This document shows positions 34,920-49,357 of a stretch of 64,000 nucleotides of DNA, one piece after another. Position 1 is the stretch's first letter. The number at the start of each line of letters is the position of its first letter. The notes under the pieces were generated by a model that ran no database searches, was not told the DNA's origin, and saw only the letters and a program-made list of their open reading frames with translations. The translations under genes and the position numbers were made by a program. This DNA comes from the human T2T-CHM13v2.0 reference genome, Homo sapiens: assembly GCF_009914755.1 (NCBI RefSeq), contig NC_060937.1. One strand, 5' to 3'.

Positions 34920-35849
34920 TCTACTCTTTATAGGGCCATGCTCATAGATGTCATTAAGAATCCAATTTGAATTCATAGTTCTATGATTTCCCCCATATTT
35001 CTGAAAAAAATCTGATTTTTTTATATATTAATAATATTGGAATAGTTGTTCTCCAAGTAAGTATTTATTACATTATTAGAAAAATTAAATCAAGAAAGTA
35101 GAGCCAAGTAGAGGTCTGGCATCACTGCACCAGTGAAAATACCATATCATATTATTCTAAAGGAGGAAAGGTTTCCCTGACTTAATAGATATTAAAAACC
35201 AGGAAGAAATAAAAACACAAATTTCCTTGAGGTCATTCTAATTTTCACTGATTACTTTTTAAAAGGGAGTTAAAATATCTTAAAGAAAACTAGATCATCA
35301 TATAGTTTTTGTGCTATTATTTTCCCTTTAATATTCAACTACAATTTATGTAATTTAAACTATAAATTTTTAGAATTCCATTGTTTCCTTGCTTGATAAT
35401 AAATACAGAAACGTATAGTGCCATCTTGTGAAAAAGATGCAGAACTGCATTACACTAATTTATTTGTGTAAGTTGAAATATAACAGGGGAAAGGGATATA
35501 GAGCTAAAAGTTGTGCATAATAAAGATTAATCAGCATATTTCTGTTAGCTAAATTTAATGTTAAAAAATAGAATTTAGATGGGTTTCCCAGCTGCCTAAA
35601 TATTTCTGTAGCCTGGATAATAGCCAGAAAGGCAAGGGTAACATATTGAGTTGAAATTGTGCAAGGGGAACTACCAAATTTCAGAACATTTTTATTCCAA
35701 AGGGAAAAAGAAGAGAAAAACATTATGTCTGATGCTCTAAACTGCAAAGCTGTGTATATGATTGAACCAAAGATGTTGCTAACCACAATGGAGAGGAGAG
35801 GTGAAGCACATTACAAGGAAATTCAAGGCCCTTGGAATGATCTGATTAA

Positions 35850-36342
<493 letters not shown>

Positions 36343-37828
36343 TAGAGGGCCAAATGAAAAGAACAAAGAAAGATTGTTTTTGTTAGGAGGGGCTGATAGA
36401 AAATGAAGATGAGACAGAATCAGGGAAATAGTGATGGTTGGGGGTGGGAGGTGATTAAGTGAGGTAAAGAGATGGCAATAGCATTTGAAACAGAATCTCA
36501 TTTTTTGTGATATCATTCTGTTGGCCAAAAAGATAGCTTCCAGGAAGTATGCTGAAGAAAATACTAAGGACAAAGAAAAGATGGGAGAAGAGTAGGTTCA
36601 TTTGAAAGGTTTCATTTGAAAAAAAAAGTTGATCATTCCCTTATGATCCCACTCCTATTACCAATATTTTGTTTCTTGATTGTGTAATGGCCCATAGGAG
36701 TTGTCATCAGCAAAATAATTTAACTGCCTCTCCTCCTTGCTATATATCAACAGAAGTGGTCATGTACATGCGGTGAGGCATGAAACTAAAGGAATTTTAC
36801 TCCTAAAACCTTGCTTTGAATTTTCTTGCCTTCATGGATTTAACTTAGATCCTTTAATGCCATAATAATTTGGTTTCATATTGAATGTCCTTTGGGCTTT
36901 CATTGTCATTTTTTTAAGAAGTTTTCTATGAGTTCAAAATAATCCTTTTGGTGAAAAGGCAATTCAATTATAGTCACAGCATAAAAGAAACCCAATATGA
37001 TACAATTCTCTATCAAGATCAGATTTACTGCTAAACCCAGATGATTTTATAAAACCAAAATTTGTGTTTGCATTTTGAGACGCTTGACTGAGAGGCTTGA
37101 TCAGAACATAAAGTGTCAAATAAAAGTGAGTCTCTCATCTAAATAAGGCAGAGCTGAATTAAGAGTTTAAGTGACTCTTAGGGAAATAAGTTACCTTGGC
37201 ATGCATTTTATGCAGGTTTGAAAGATGATTCTTAGATACTGGATCTGCCCTGATACCCTTTCACTCATAGGCAGAGGAGAAAATGTCCAGTTCTTTCCAT
37301 ATCATGGAGGTTTCCCATGCCACAGGAATGCTTAACACACACATTCCCAACCATACCAGGACGGCGAATAGATTGTATTGCAATTCATTTTAAGGGGCAC
37401 CATTCTTTGAAGACCTGTTTATATTCAAATTGGCACTTAGTGGCAATGTGACCTTAAGCTCTATGTCTCAGTTATATTCAGTCTGCAAAATGGGGTATTA
37501 GTATTGATCCCATAGGCTATTATGAGATAGCAGTGCTTGGCATAATTTAAGCTTCCCCTAATGTGAGCTGTTATTATTATTAGGTACAAATAACCAACAT
37601 ATAAATGAATAGGTTTACATGTATATGTTTAGACACTGCTAGTGATTATAAAGATGAGATAAAATTCAGCATTGTATGCCTAGAAAATGGAATTTTCTGA
37701 AGAGTGACTGATGACCAAGGATGAGATATTTCAGGATGAAGGAATTCTATAAAGGTTTAAGTGAAACAAAGGAGGGAAATAGCAGAGCAAAGAGATGCTT
37801 TCGTAGACGTGGAAAGAAGAATGTTACA

Positions 37829-38340
37829 CATGACCCTTGAATAACATGGCTTTGAGCTGCACAGATCCATTTATATGTGAAAATTTTTCAATAAAAGTTA
37901 CAAAGAGTATGCCTGCCTGTTCTGCCTTCCCTTTTACCTCCTCCACCACTTCTATCTCCCTCCCTCCCACAGCAAGACCAACCCATCCTCTTCCTCCTCC
38001 TCCTCAGCTTACTTAACATGAAGATGATGAGGATAAAGTGCCTTTTGATGATCCACTTCCACTTAATTGAGTAGTAAATACATTTTCTCTTCCTTATGAT
38101 TTTCTTAATACATTTTCTTTCCTCTAGTGTACTTTGTTATAAGAATAAAGTATGTAATACATATGACTTACAAAATATGTGTTCATTGGCTGTTTATGTT
38201 ATTGGTAAGGCTTCTGGTTAACAGTAGGCTATTAGCAGTTAAGTTTAGGGAAAGTCAAAAATGATATTCAGATTTTCGAATACACGGGTACTGGCAGGGT
38301 ATCAGCTCCCCAAACTCCTATGTTGTTCAAGGATCAACTG
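37829..38340 (+). mobile_element. Tigger2a DNA transposon
   Basis: Terminal repeats 'tgacccttgaataac' and 'gttgttcaaggatcaactg' followed by TA; characteristic 'gatgatccacttccacttaat' body. Confidence 0.88.
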
Positions 38341-38586
38341 TAGTTGTTAGTAGGTGCTTAGTAAATTTTTAGAGTGAGAATTGATGGCAGAGGTTCAGAA
38401 TAGGACCAAAAATACTTAAACGAATCAAGAGCAGCGGAGGGGAGGTTAGAGGGGGTTACTGAGGAATTAGCACAGACCAGAGAGATATGGGACCCCCATA
38501 CCTTCCATTCTCAGTTTCTAACATATTTATCCTAGCATCTGTAACTATTTTGTTGAACTTCATTGTTTATATTCCCATTGTCCTCT

Positions 38587-38753
38587 ATTGCTATTCAAAA
38601 TGTGGTCCTAGGACTAGCAGCATGGGCCTCACCTGGGAGCCTGTTAGAAATGCAGGCGCTCAAGCCCTATCCCAGAACTAAGCACTCACAAGTGCATTTT
38701 TAACAAGATACCCTGATGCTTCCTATGCATGTTACAGATTGAGAATCACCACT
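38587..38753. mobile_element. MER5A hAT element
   Basis: 'caaaatgtggtcc...tcacctgggagcctgttagaaatgcag...tgagaatcaccact'. Confidence 0.75.
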
Positions 38754-38955
38754 TTCATAGACCTTAAGCTTCTAGCATGGCGCCTGGCACTTAGTCAACT
38801 CTTAATGGAAATTTATTGAATGAATTAAGTTGAATTCCTAGAAGCTACCAAATTGAGCTACAGGTGGAGATGAAGAAAGTGATTTCAACCCAAAACCAAT
38901 GCCTTGAGCTACAGCTAAACTTTTAGTGACTATAGAAACTAAATAAAATCATCTG

Positions 38956-39265
38956 GGCTGGGCACAGTGGCTCATGTCTGTAATCCAAGCACTTTGGGAG
39001 GCTGAGGTGGGCAGATCGCTTGAGCTCAGGAGTTTGAGAGCAGCCTGGGCAACATGGCAAACCCTGTCTCTACAAAAGAAAAAAAATACAAAGAAAAAAA
39101 CTAGCTGGGCTTGGTGGCACATGCTTCTAGTCCCAGCTACACAGAAGGGTGAGGCCAAAGGATCACCTGAGCTGGGGAGGTGGAGGCTACAGTGAGAGGA
39201 GATGGTGCCACTTCACTCCAGCCTGGGTACCAGAGTGAGGCTCTGTCTCAAAACAAACAAAGAAA
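38956..39265 (+). mobile_element. AluJ element
   Basis: Diverged dimeric Alu with J-type 'gcttgagctcagg' and 'ggatcacctgagc'. Confidence 0.9.
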
Positions 39266-40435
39266 ATCTGCCTTGGCTCAGAGATAAAAAGTATGGTGTG
39301 GAATGAGGAACGAGCAGAGTGATTAAAGATTGGAGCTAGAGGGCAAAGGGACCCTGGGAAGAAAGGGCAGGAAATAGCCCACCAAAACCCTGGGAATATA
39401 TATAAGAATCCTTCCACAGCAGTACAATATGTCAAGTTCTTAAACTATTACTTGTGTCCTACACTGAGGAAGATTGTGCGTGACAGTGGGAGAAGCCTGG
39501 GTGGGAGGGACAAGCAATTTAATCATACCCTACTTCTAGGGGAGGTGAGTTATCAGGGAACTTTAGACAATTGACGCAAGGATTTAAACTGCAAAAGCAT
39601 TATATAGAAGACACCCCTACCCACTCTTACAGGGCTACATTTTTAGATGCACAAAGAAATTGCCACTTAAACAAGTAATAGTTAATCATAATACCCACTT
39701 TTTGAGTTGACCCTAGCTTACTGGATATGCTGACAATGACTTTGAAGTATTCACTTAAAATATACACTTAAAATATTCATTTTATAGGCTTCCTTTAAAA
39801 TAAAGTATCCCTGTGTTTTAACTTAGCTTTGAAAAGACAGAATCATCTTTCATCTCTTTACCTTGTATATAACCTACCCATAATTCTTATCTAACCTTTG
39901 TTCACAATCTGTCTCACATAGATTTCTTCCCTTACATTTCTGAAGCCACTGCCTTGATTCAGGTCTCTGAAAGGAGGTAGCAAGATGATTTTCTCCTTTC
40001 TACCTTTAAAAAGTATATCTTTCTCTTTGAAATATATTTTTTCCCCCAAGAAGCATGCCTAAAACAGTTTTCTAACTAGGAATTTGGTATCATGCTTGAA
40101 CTTTGGAGTTGGGTAGAACTGGGCTTGACTTTCTGCTCCATCTCTTGTTACATGTGTCACTGTAAATTACTTAACTTCTCTGCTTCAGTTTTCTCATCTG
40201 TAAAATGGCAATAGCCATGGTATTTTTCCTCATAGAATTGTTATGTAGAAGCAAGATAGTACATGTTTGTAAAATAAATGCACACTAGTGGTTAGGAGCA
40301 CAGACTCTAAAGCCAGACTGCTTGGTTTAATGTTCGGCTACCTACTAGCTCTGTGTCTTTGGGCAAATTGTATCATCTGTCTATGACTCATTTGAAAAAT
40401 GGGGATAATGATAGTACTTTCCTCATAGAAGTTTT

Positions 40436-40833
40436 TTTTTTACCTTAATTTATTTTTTATTTTTATTTATTATTTATTATTTTTTATTATACTTTAAGTT
40501 CTAGGGTACATGTGTACAATGTGCAGGTTTGTTACATATGTATACATGTGCCGTGTCGGTTTGCTGCACCCCTTAACTCGTCATTTACATTAGGTATTTC
40601 TTTTAATGCTATCCATCCCCCATCCCCCCACTCCACGACAGGCCCCGGTGTGTGATGTTCCCCACCCTGTGTCCAGGTGATCTTATTGTTCAATTCCCAC
40701 CTATGAGTGAGAACATGCAGTATTTGGTTTTCTGTCCTTGCAATAGTTTGCTCAGAATGATGGTTTCCAGCTTCATCCATGTCCCTACAAAGGACACGAA
40801 CTCATCCTTTTTTATGGCTGCATAGTATTCCAA
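40436..40833 (-). mobile_element. 5'-truncated L1PA 3' end inserted in a MIR
   Basis: 'ttatactttaagttctagggtacatgtg...' L1PA 3' UTR; perfect TSD cctcatagaagtttt at 40421-40435 and 40834-40848. Confidence 0.93.
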
Positions 40834-41616
40834 CCTCATAGAAGTTTTATGAGGAATAGATGAGCAAAGTGCTTCATTGTGTCTGGTGCATAGTAAGTGC
40901 TATACACGTTTCTTAATTTAACGATTGCACACAAGATGTGTTCAATAGTTGTTTTTCTATCTCCTGCCTTTAGTTTCATCACAATCCATCCCCATTGGTT
41001 CCTTTCAGATCTTTCTAAAATATCCATCTCCGCATCAGTTAGAAGGTTGTGGTCAACATGAGAGCCTTCCTTATGGAGCTAAGATTGCTGCTGAAGCTCA
41101 TAAGTACCACATCCTTACACAACGGAATTCACAAGGGGAACAAGATGGATTTGGAGAATGCGGTAGCAAGATGATTTTCTTGTTCTACCTTTAAAAAGGT
41201 ATGTCTTTCTCTTAAAAGGTATGTCTTTCTCTTTGAGAAATGTTTTTTTTCCCCCAGATGCATTCAGTGGATTTATTTTACAGCTTATTGCTCAGACTTA
41301 TGTTATATTGCCAGAGCTAGTGGTCTCCATCCATTAAAGCTAGGCAGGCCGAAAGAAAGAACAGCTACTGGGGAGCCAGTTAACAGTGTCTGCTATGCTT
41401 TCATCATGTCACTTTCTTGCTCTGCTTCAAAACCCTTTCATGTCACCACATCGCCTGTTCAAAGTGCTCTCACCTTGCTCAGCAGTTATTAAGACTCCTC
41501 CATGAGGTAGCCCTTCCACTTCCCCAGTCTCATCACCATGGACCTCCTCTGTATAGCTCTACTGGTGCCAAACCATTCTATCAGCTATTACATAACCATG
41601 ATTTGTACTTTGCTGC

Positions 41617-42010
41617 TGTTATGGTCTGAATGTGTTCCTCCAAATTCATATGTTGAAACTTAACTGCCAGTGTGGTGGTATTAAGCAGTGGCCTTTCGGG
41701 GATGACAAAATCATGAGGGTAGCACCCCATGAATGGGGTTGGTGAACTTATAAAAGAAGTTTGAGAGAGCACCCCAACCCTTTTAGCCCACTCTCTGCAA
41801 TGTGAGGACGCAGTGTTGCTCCCCATCAGAGAAAGCAGGATTCAAGGTGCCACCTTGGAAGCAGAGATCGGGCCCTCACCAGACACTGAACCTGCCAGCG
41901 CCTTGATCTTGGACTTTTCCACCTCCAGAACTATGAGGAATCAATTTCTATTATTTATAAATTACCCAGTCTGCAGTGTTTTGTTATAGCAGCAGGAATA
42001 GACTAAGACA
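41617..42010 (+). mobile_element. MLT1A-type MaLR LTR
   Basis: 'tgttatggtctgaatgtg...ttgttatagcagcaggaatagactaagaca'. Confidence 0.85.
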
Positions 42011-42718
42011 CCTGTCCTCCTTTCCCCATACATTATTGTCTGTAACACATTTATCTTTTCTCCCTCTTCCAGCCACCACAATACACATGCTTCTTGCTCA
42101 TCTCTGTGTATTAAATTGAACATTTCCTTAAAGGTCCAGATTAAATGTCTTCTCTTTTCCTGAAACATTGTTTGATCTTCCACGACAGAAAGACCTTCCC
42201 TTCCTTCACGTTTCTCATGTTGATTGTATTACTTAAATGTTCTTTGGTATTTTAGTTATGGAATGGGCTATGTATTTTTCACCTTTATGTCCCATTTGTC
42301 CCAACTATGCTTAATAATAATAACAATTATAATACTATTTATTGTTTACCATAGATGGGTATATTTACATTGAGCACTTTACGTGTATTATCTCACTTAT
42401 TCATCACACTAACTCTTAAAGGCATAAATATTTCCTTTTTAAAGATGAGTAAACTGAAGTCAATGACAGATAGTGACTTGCCTTAAATTAAAACTCAAAT
42501 CCTGTATTTTCAAATAGTGTGCTATATGCTTCTTTATTTACTTACTTTTCAAAGTAGTAAGTCTTTATTATGTTTAAAAGAATGAAAGAGTATTTTGTAT
42601 GATTTTCTAATAAAGATAGCCAGTCTGTATAATATGTACCCTGTGCTCACTTGTCTTCCCCTCAGATGTAACCCAAAGAAACAGAATTATGTTTTGTTTT
42701 TTTAAAGTATCTGAATAG

Positions 42719-43066
<348 letters not shown>

Positions 43067-44307
43067 AAGCTATGTATTCTTCTATTCATTCAACAACAAA
43101 TTCCTAAATAAGTTGAACATATACTGCTTGTATGGACCAAGTAATATGCTAAGTCACAATACTTTGGCTCTATACGACTATTCAACAGAAACTTGCTTAA
43201 ACATAGAGTGTGTTTTATTATCTCCCTTAACAATTGGTAGGAGGTTGCTAGGCGGGTGCAGTGGCTTAATGATGTTAGGTCTTAGGATTCATATCTCTAC
43301 AATTCTCTTGACTTAATAGTTGCAGTATGGATGCTGCAACTCCAGAAATCATGCCCTCACATAACTGCATTCAGAAGCAAGAAACAGAAATGCAGGGCAG
43401 AGTTCTGTTTCACCATCTCTTTACTATCAGGGAAGAAAAGCTCTCCTACATTTTCCAGACTTCTCATTGCTTTCCACTGTCCACAGTTGGATTACACGCT
43501 TGCCCCTGGAACACTAGTCCCATATTGCCTGAGATGAATCTTCTGATACTTGAACTAAATTGAGATTATGTTAGTAAGAAAGAAAGGGAAATGAATTTTG
43601 AGCCAACAACAGAAATGGTCTTGTTAGATGAGTAATGTACACGTGAGTAAAAGGGGCACAGTTTCTTGTCCTGATGAAGCTAACAACAACAACAAAATCA
43701 CCTAGCAAGGGTGATAGATATTACATTTAAAAAATAAAATTATACATTGTGATGAGTAATAAAAAGGAAATAAACAAGGAGCTGGGAAGTAGACTGATGT
43801 CTACTTAGGACAGGGTATTTCTGGAAAGACTTCTCTGTGAAGGTGACATTTAAACTGAAACCAAAGAAACAGAACGAGTCAACCATGAGCAGAGCAAAGA
43901 GGAGTGTATAGAAGCATGTATAGAGACCCTCAGTTAAAATAAAAGAAAGCAAGTGTGACTGCTGATTTGTTGGTAGTATAAGATTAGAGAGGGGTGGAGA
44001 CCTAGCTCTTCACAAAAACCCATTGTCTTCTTCTTTTGTAACACTAGAATGCAGCCAGGTGAATGGAGGTACAACTGCAATATATTTCCCAGGCTCCCCT
44101 CATTTAGGAGGAGCAGTGGCATGTCAGTGGGAGTGATGTGGAATACTTTTGGGCCAATAATGCATACAATGGGTGCACCTCCTTATCCTCTCTTCCCCCA
44201 CTCCAACTGGCTGCATCCTCTTTGTAGCAGCTTCTTTGAATGTTTAACTGCACCCTCTTTGTGGCAATTTAAGCTTTGGGTGTTTAGATGTGGAGAAGAC
44301 TCTAAAA

Positions 44308-44942
44308 TACTTGTTCTTAAAATGTTGTCTGAGATCAGCAGTAGTAACATCACCCAAAAACTAGCTAGAAAGGCAGACTCTTGAGCCCCATCCCAAACCT
44401 ACTGAATCAGAAACTCTGAGGATGGGGCTGATATCGTTTGTATGTTTGTCCCCTCCAAATCTCATGTTGAAACATAACCTCGAATGTTGGAGGTGGGACC
44501 TAATTTGAGGTACTGGATCATGGGGCAGATCCCTCATGAATGGCTTAACACCATCCCCTTGGTTTGAAGTGAGTTCTCAGCTCATGGAAGATCTGGTTGT
44601 TTAAAAAGGTCTGGGATCTCCCCTTTCTGTCTCTTGCTCCCTCTCTCTTGCTTCCTCTCTCACCGTGTAAAGTGCCCTCTCCCACTGTGCCTTCCACCAT
44701 GAGTAAAGTTCCTTGGAGCCCCACCAGAAACTGAGCAGGCGCCAGCACCATGCTTCCTGCTCAGCCTGCAGAACTGTGAGACAATTAAATCTCTCTCTCT
44801 CTTTTTTTTAATTAATTACCCAGCCTCAGGTATTTCTTTATAGCAGTAGAAGAACGGACTAACACAGGGCCTAGCAATGTGTGTTTTAACAAGCCCCCCA
44901 AGTGCTTCTGATGCATGCTGGAGTTTGAGAGCCACTATTCTA
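44308..44942. mobile_element. MER5A split by an MSTB-type LTR
   Basis: 'cctactgaatcagaaactctgaggatggggc' resumes after the LTR as 'ctagcaatgtgtgttttaacaagccccc...gtttgagagccact'. Confidence 0.8.
44429..44866 (+). mobile_element. MSTB-type MaLR solo LTR
   Basis: 'tgatatcgtttgtatgtttgtcccctccaaatctcatgttgaaa...ggactaacaca'. Confidence 0.85.
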
Positions 44943-45329
44943 AGAGAAGGAGAAAACACAAAATGAGAGAAACCCGAGTCCCTGAATATTATGTGGAATA
45001 AGGCTGGATATATGAATCTGGAGCTTAGGAGATAGTTTTGGGTGGGAGACGATCAGCTTAGTATGATATTTAAAGCCATAAAAATGGGTAAGATAACCTA
45101 GGCAGAGGGTTAGAGACAGAAAAAGAAGAGGACCTAGGATTGAGGCATCCGTAATTTTGACATTCAGAGGGAGGGAAGAGGTAGAGTAGCTTACAAAAGA
45201 ATCTGAGAAGTTGTGGCTAAAGAGGTAGAAGGCAAACCAAGAGCTAAGAATGTGATGTTATGGAAGTCAAGAGGTTAAAATGTTTCAGGGAGGAAGTTGT
45301 GGTCCCCTCTGCTGAACTCAGAAATTCTC

Positions 45330-45860
45330 TCCTCCTCACTGAGTAGCGCCATCGCATATTTTGGAGAAGGGACTCTGACTCAACAGTGAATCTGAAAGAG
45401 TAAAAAGCAATCCTATGCTCCCTTGCCAATGTTTGGTTCAAGAATGAACCTGAGGCCCAATTCTGGCAAGAAGTGTATTAAAGACTTCTGAGAAAGTCCT
45501 TTCTTTCTCTTACTAAACAGCCACAGGAAGCCAGTGACTTTCTCTCCCATTGGATGTAAATAATAGCACTGACTGTAATTGGCAGCCATTTTACAACCAT
45601 GAAGTGATAATGAGGGTACCATTTTAAGACCATAAGTTTCCTCATCTGTAAAATGGGGATAATGCATCATAAAGGATGAAGCTGGCACTTTAGACTCCAA
45701 TACAGAGATTAAAGTAACCAAAGTCCTTGATGACATGGTTGAGCTGCCAAATCTACCAAACCAAACTTTCTGTTATGCAAGTTAATACACTTCCTTGTTG
45801 TTGAGTCAGTTTAATTTAGGGTTTCTGTTACTTGTAGCTGGAAGCCACTTATCTGATACA
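45330..45860 (+). mobile_element. Old MLT1 (K-like) LTR
   Basis: Ends 'gggtttctgttacttgtagctggaagccacttatctgataca'. Confidence 0.55.
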
Positions 45861-48800
45861 GTGATATATGAAGGCTCCTTCTATTTTTAATTGTTAGAGA
45901 GTCACTGATTTATTTCAAATTCTCAAGAAAGATTATTTGTATGAAGTATTGTTCAATGAGTTTTGTAAAGCACTTTTCTAATAAAATGGAATCAGCAACC
46001 TAATCTTATAAGACAACAAAAAAATCAGCTTAGGAATAATGGATTAAGCATTTTACTTATCTGAAAATGAATATATATTTCCTATTAATGCGTTCTACAA
46101 TTCAAGTCATATTTTAATATTAAAGCCTCACTGAAACTAATTTTTTGAACTCTCATTTGGAATAAAAGATGCAAATATAGAAAGTCTATATCTTATCCTT
46201 CCCTCAACCTTGAGCAATTGTAGGGATTGAAAATTAGGTGTATGGAAAGAACATCTTGAATATTAAATATGCAAAATACTATAAACGTGAAAATATATCT
46301 ACACAAAGTCAATGGTTTGACGGGTTGAAATATTGATATCTTAATTTCATTTAGAAAATTGATTTATTAAAATACAATGAAGCTTAATACTTCAAATTAA
46401 TTTTATTTACTACTGGAACACTGAGGTCGTAGAAAGAATGTTAATTTAGAAATCAGGAGCTTTGTGTATTAGTTCCATCCCTGCCACCAGTTGTGTGGTC
46501 TCAGGGACATAATTAACTTCTTGTTACCTTCTCTAGCAAAATGAGGAGAGGTTGGTAACCTGTGGAGTTCTTCTAGTTTTCTAATTCTATAATTTAATTG
46601 TGTCTTCAATTTCTAAAGTAAAAATAACTATAGACACATTTTTATAAACATGTTTTATGTTATCTACTCTGTTTCCAATTCCAAATTGGTAATTGCTTCT
46701 AATTCATAACTTGGTCTCTTTTCAAACATTTCTATTTGGAATTATTTACTATGAGCAGGTAGGAAGCTTCCATATAGATGAGTTTTAATTAAAATACTTG
46801 CATACTATGCACTGGCAAGACACATTTTAATGAGAGGTGCAAATAGATTGTCACAATGAAAAGGGAAAATTTCCTCTTTGTGTTGGCTGGAAACAGGATT
46901 AAAATTAAGAATGATTCTTAAACCAGCAGTGTATTTCATAAACCATGAGATTATCATTAACAATATTCTTATTGCAAATGCCACTGTTGACATTCTCACT
47001 TATAGTGTAGTACATGCCGCATCAGCAGGATTAGTTTTGGGTGTGAAGTTTATAGTGTTTGATTTGTGCTGCAGTGCCTACAATGACAAACATGTTTCAA
47101 TGGTCCAGTGACCTAAGTCAGCATGTGCAAATGTGAACAGCAATGATGATTTTCTGTGAACCGTCTCAGATATTGGTAGACAAATGTTATATTTGTTTCT
47201 TTTGGTCTGCTATTCCTCGTATTTCTCCCTTCACACCTTCCCAACAAAATATATGTATATTATACACGACTATTAATTTGGGGCATTTTCTTAGTAATTC
47301 ACTGCCTTCTCTAATTTTAAAAGACTGTGTAGAACTTAACCTTTGGCTTGATAAATATGATTCAATTGAGTGAAACTCCTGTTCTTTTGGAACTTAAAAG
47401 ATAAAATGCCAATATAAATATGTGGTAATTATCACCAGAACTGTTCATTTTTAACTATTAAATTTAAGCAAAGAGCAATTGCTGTTTGTTCATGCAAAAC
47501 AAACAGTGCCTGCTTAAGATCTTTTTGATTAATCTGCTTCCCTGCATGCAGATTCAAGAGAAAACACTGCCTCAGGCTCAGTACACACATCTATGAAACA
47601 GAAAAAGCTTTGCTGTCCCAGTCTATTGTTAGAGTGTTCCCAAAAAAGGGGTTTAGTGGTAAACAATGCAGGATCAGCTCGGAGAAGGGAGACCAAACCT
47701 CAGGAACAGGCCAATACATCCAAGGCTTGGCAGATGCAGCCCGGTTCTAGAACAGGCCTTGAAAACAAAAGGGGTGCTTTGTTGTTGGGGGAATGTGGTT
47801 GAATAGGTGAAGTATAGGGATTTACAGAGAAGGTAGCTATTAGCAGGCATAGTGCCAGGTCGCACTAAAAACTGCATCCAAAACAAGATAATAAGGAAAA
47901 AACTTTTAAAAGCAAAACTCCTGGCAGAGTTGGTGCTGTGTGTATGACAGCCAGATAGAATTCCCAGGCACTGTGCTCAGCTGGATAGGTCACCTGGGTG
48001 GATGCCGAGGGCAGGACAGGCTGATAGGGCCGGATAGGAAGTAGAAGCCTGTGTTGAAAGCTCCCCCATGCCCTTCAAGCTTCCCAACTTGAATAAAGAT
48101 CCACAGAAAATTACAAAATACCAAGTTTGGTTGGATTTCTTGTAGAAACTGGGGAAAGGTGGAGATGGATGTTGAGAACATAATGAAGAAAAGGGAAAGC
48201 ATTCCCTTCCCAGAGAGCTATAGGAAATCACAGGGAGGGCTCTAGATGGACACCAGCTGGGACGGGCATTTCTAACAGCTCTGATGGAGAGGGGAGCCCC
48301 AGGAGATCCCTAGGTTACAGGAGAGAAGTGAACTGATGGCTGCCTACCGTATTTTAGGCACTACTGTCACCAGATCAAGGAAGGCAGTAAGTGGGTTCAA
48401 TCTTCTGGGAGTAGGGCTGGCAGGGACAAGGTAATGAGCAGATCCTAGCTGCTGGCAAGAGACATTGGTTGAGCTCCCACAGGGAGCCGGGGCTCTGACC
48501 AGGGTGGTTAAGGTCTGTGTGTGAGTGGTGGTGGGAGTTGTGAGTCTGTGGATGGGCGATGTCGACCAGGGGAGAGGAATCTTAAACACCCAGGTGGAAG
48601 AAGTCAGTTAGGCAGCATGCCCCCCATTGGAGTTATTCAAAGGGTTCTTTTAGATGGATTCATAGGCTCCCCTAGCAATCTTGTCTCAGGCTTGAATATT
48701 TCACACCCTATTGCTTCCTTGGATGAAAAAGTTGATATGCAGATTCAATATCTTCTGATTTAATTTTGAGGCAGAGCAGACTGCAGCTGCAGGGGGTCAT

Positions 48801-49266
48801 CTGGACCATCTGGAAAGGGGCTAAGACAGGGACAGGAATTGCCATCAATATGGACAGAGTTTGATTTCTGAGGGGGCAGAAGAGACTTGTGAATAACTTA
48901 TTATAGAACAAGTCAAGACAGTATATGATCATTTGTCATTACATGACACAGATTGGATAAAAACTAGGGCATTATAGAGCATTGATTCATGTATTAAATA
49001 ATTGTTGAGAAAGTGCTATGGGACAAGACCCATACTAGGTACTGAAGACACAAAGATGAATGATATCACCACTGTTCTCAAGAAGCTCCTTGTCTAGTAG
49101 AGAAGCGCATGAGTTAAATAAATAAAAAAAAAGCCTAATTTGCTATATTACATACAAGCAACAAGTCTTATGGAAGGCCAAGGGAGAATACCCTACTTAG
49201 ACTGGGAGCTAAAAACAGCCTCCCAGACAAAGAAAGTCATGTCAACTAGGATGTAAATCTTACACT

Positions 49267-49357
49267 GAGAGACAGAGAGAGAGAGAGAGAGGAAGGAGGA
49301 GAGAGCCAGGAGGGGAGTCGGGGCGGGGGGGAGAGAGAGACAGACAGACAGACAGAC
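49267..49357. repeat. (GA)n/(GACA)n compound repeat with a G-rich core
   Basis: Seen directly. Confidence 0.9.
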
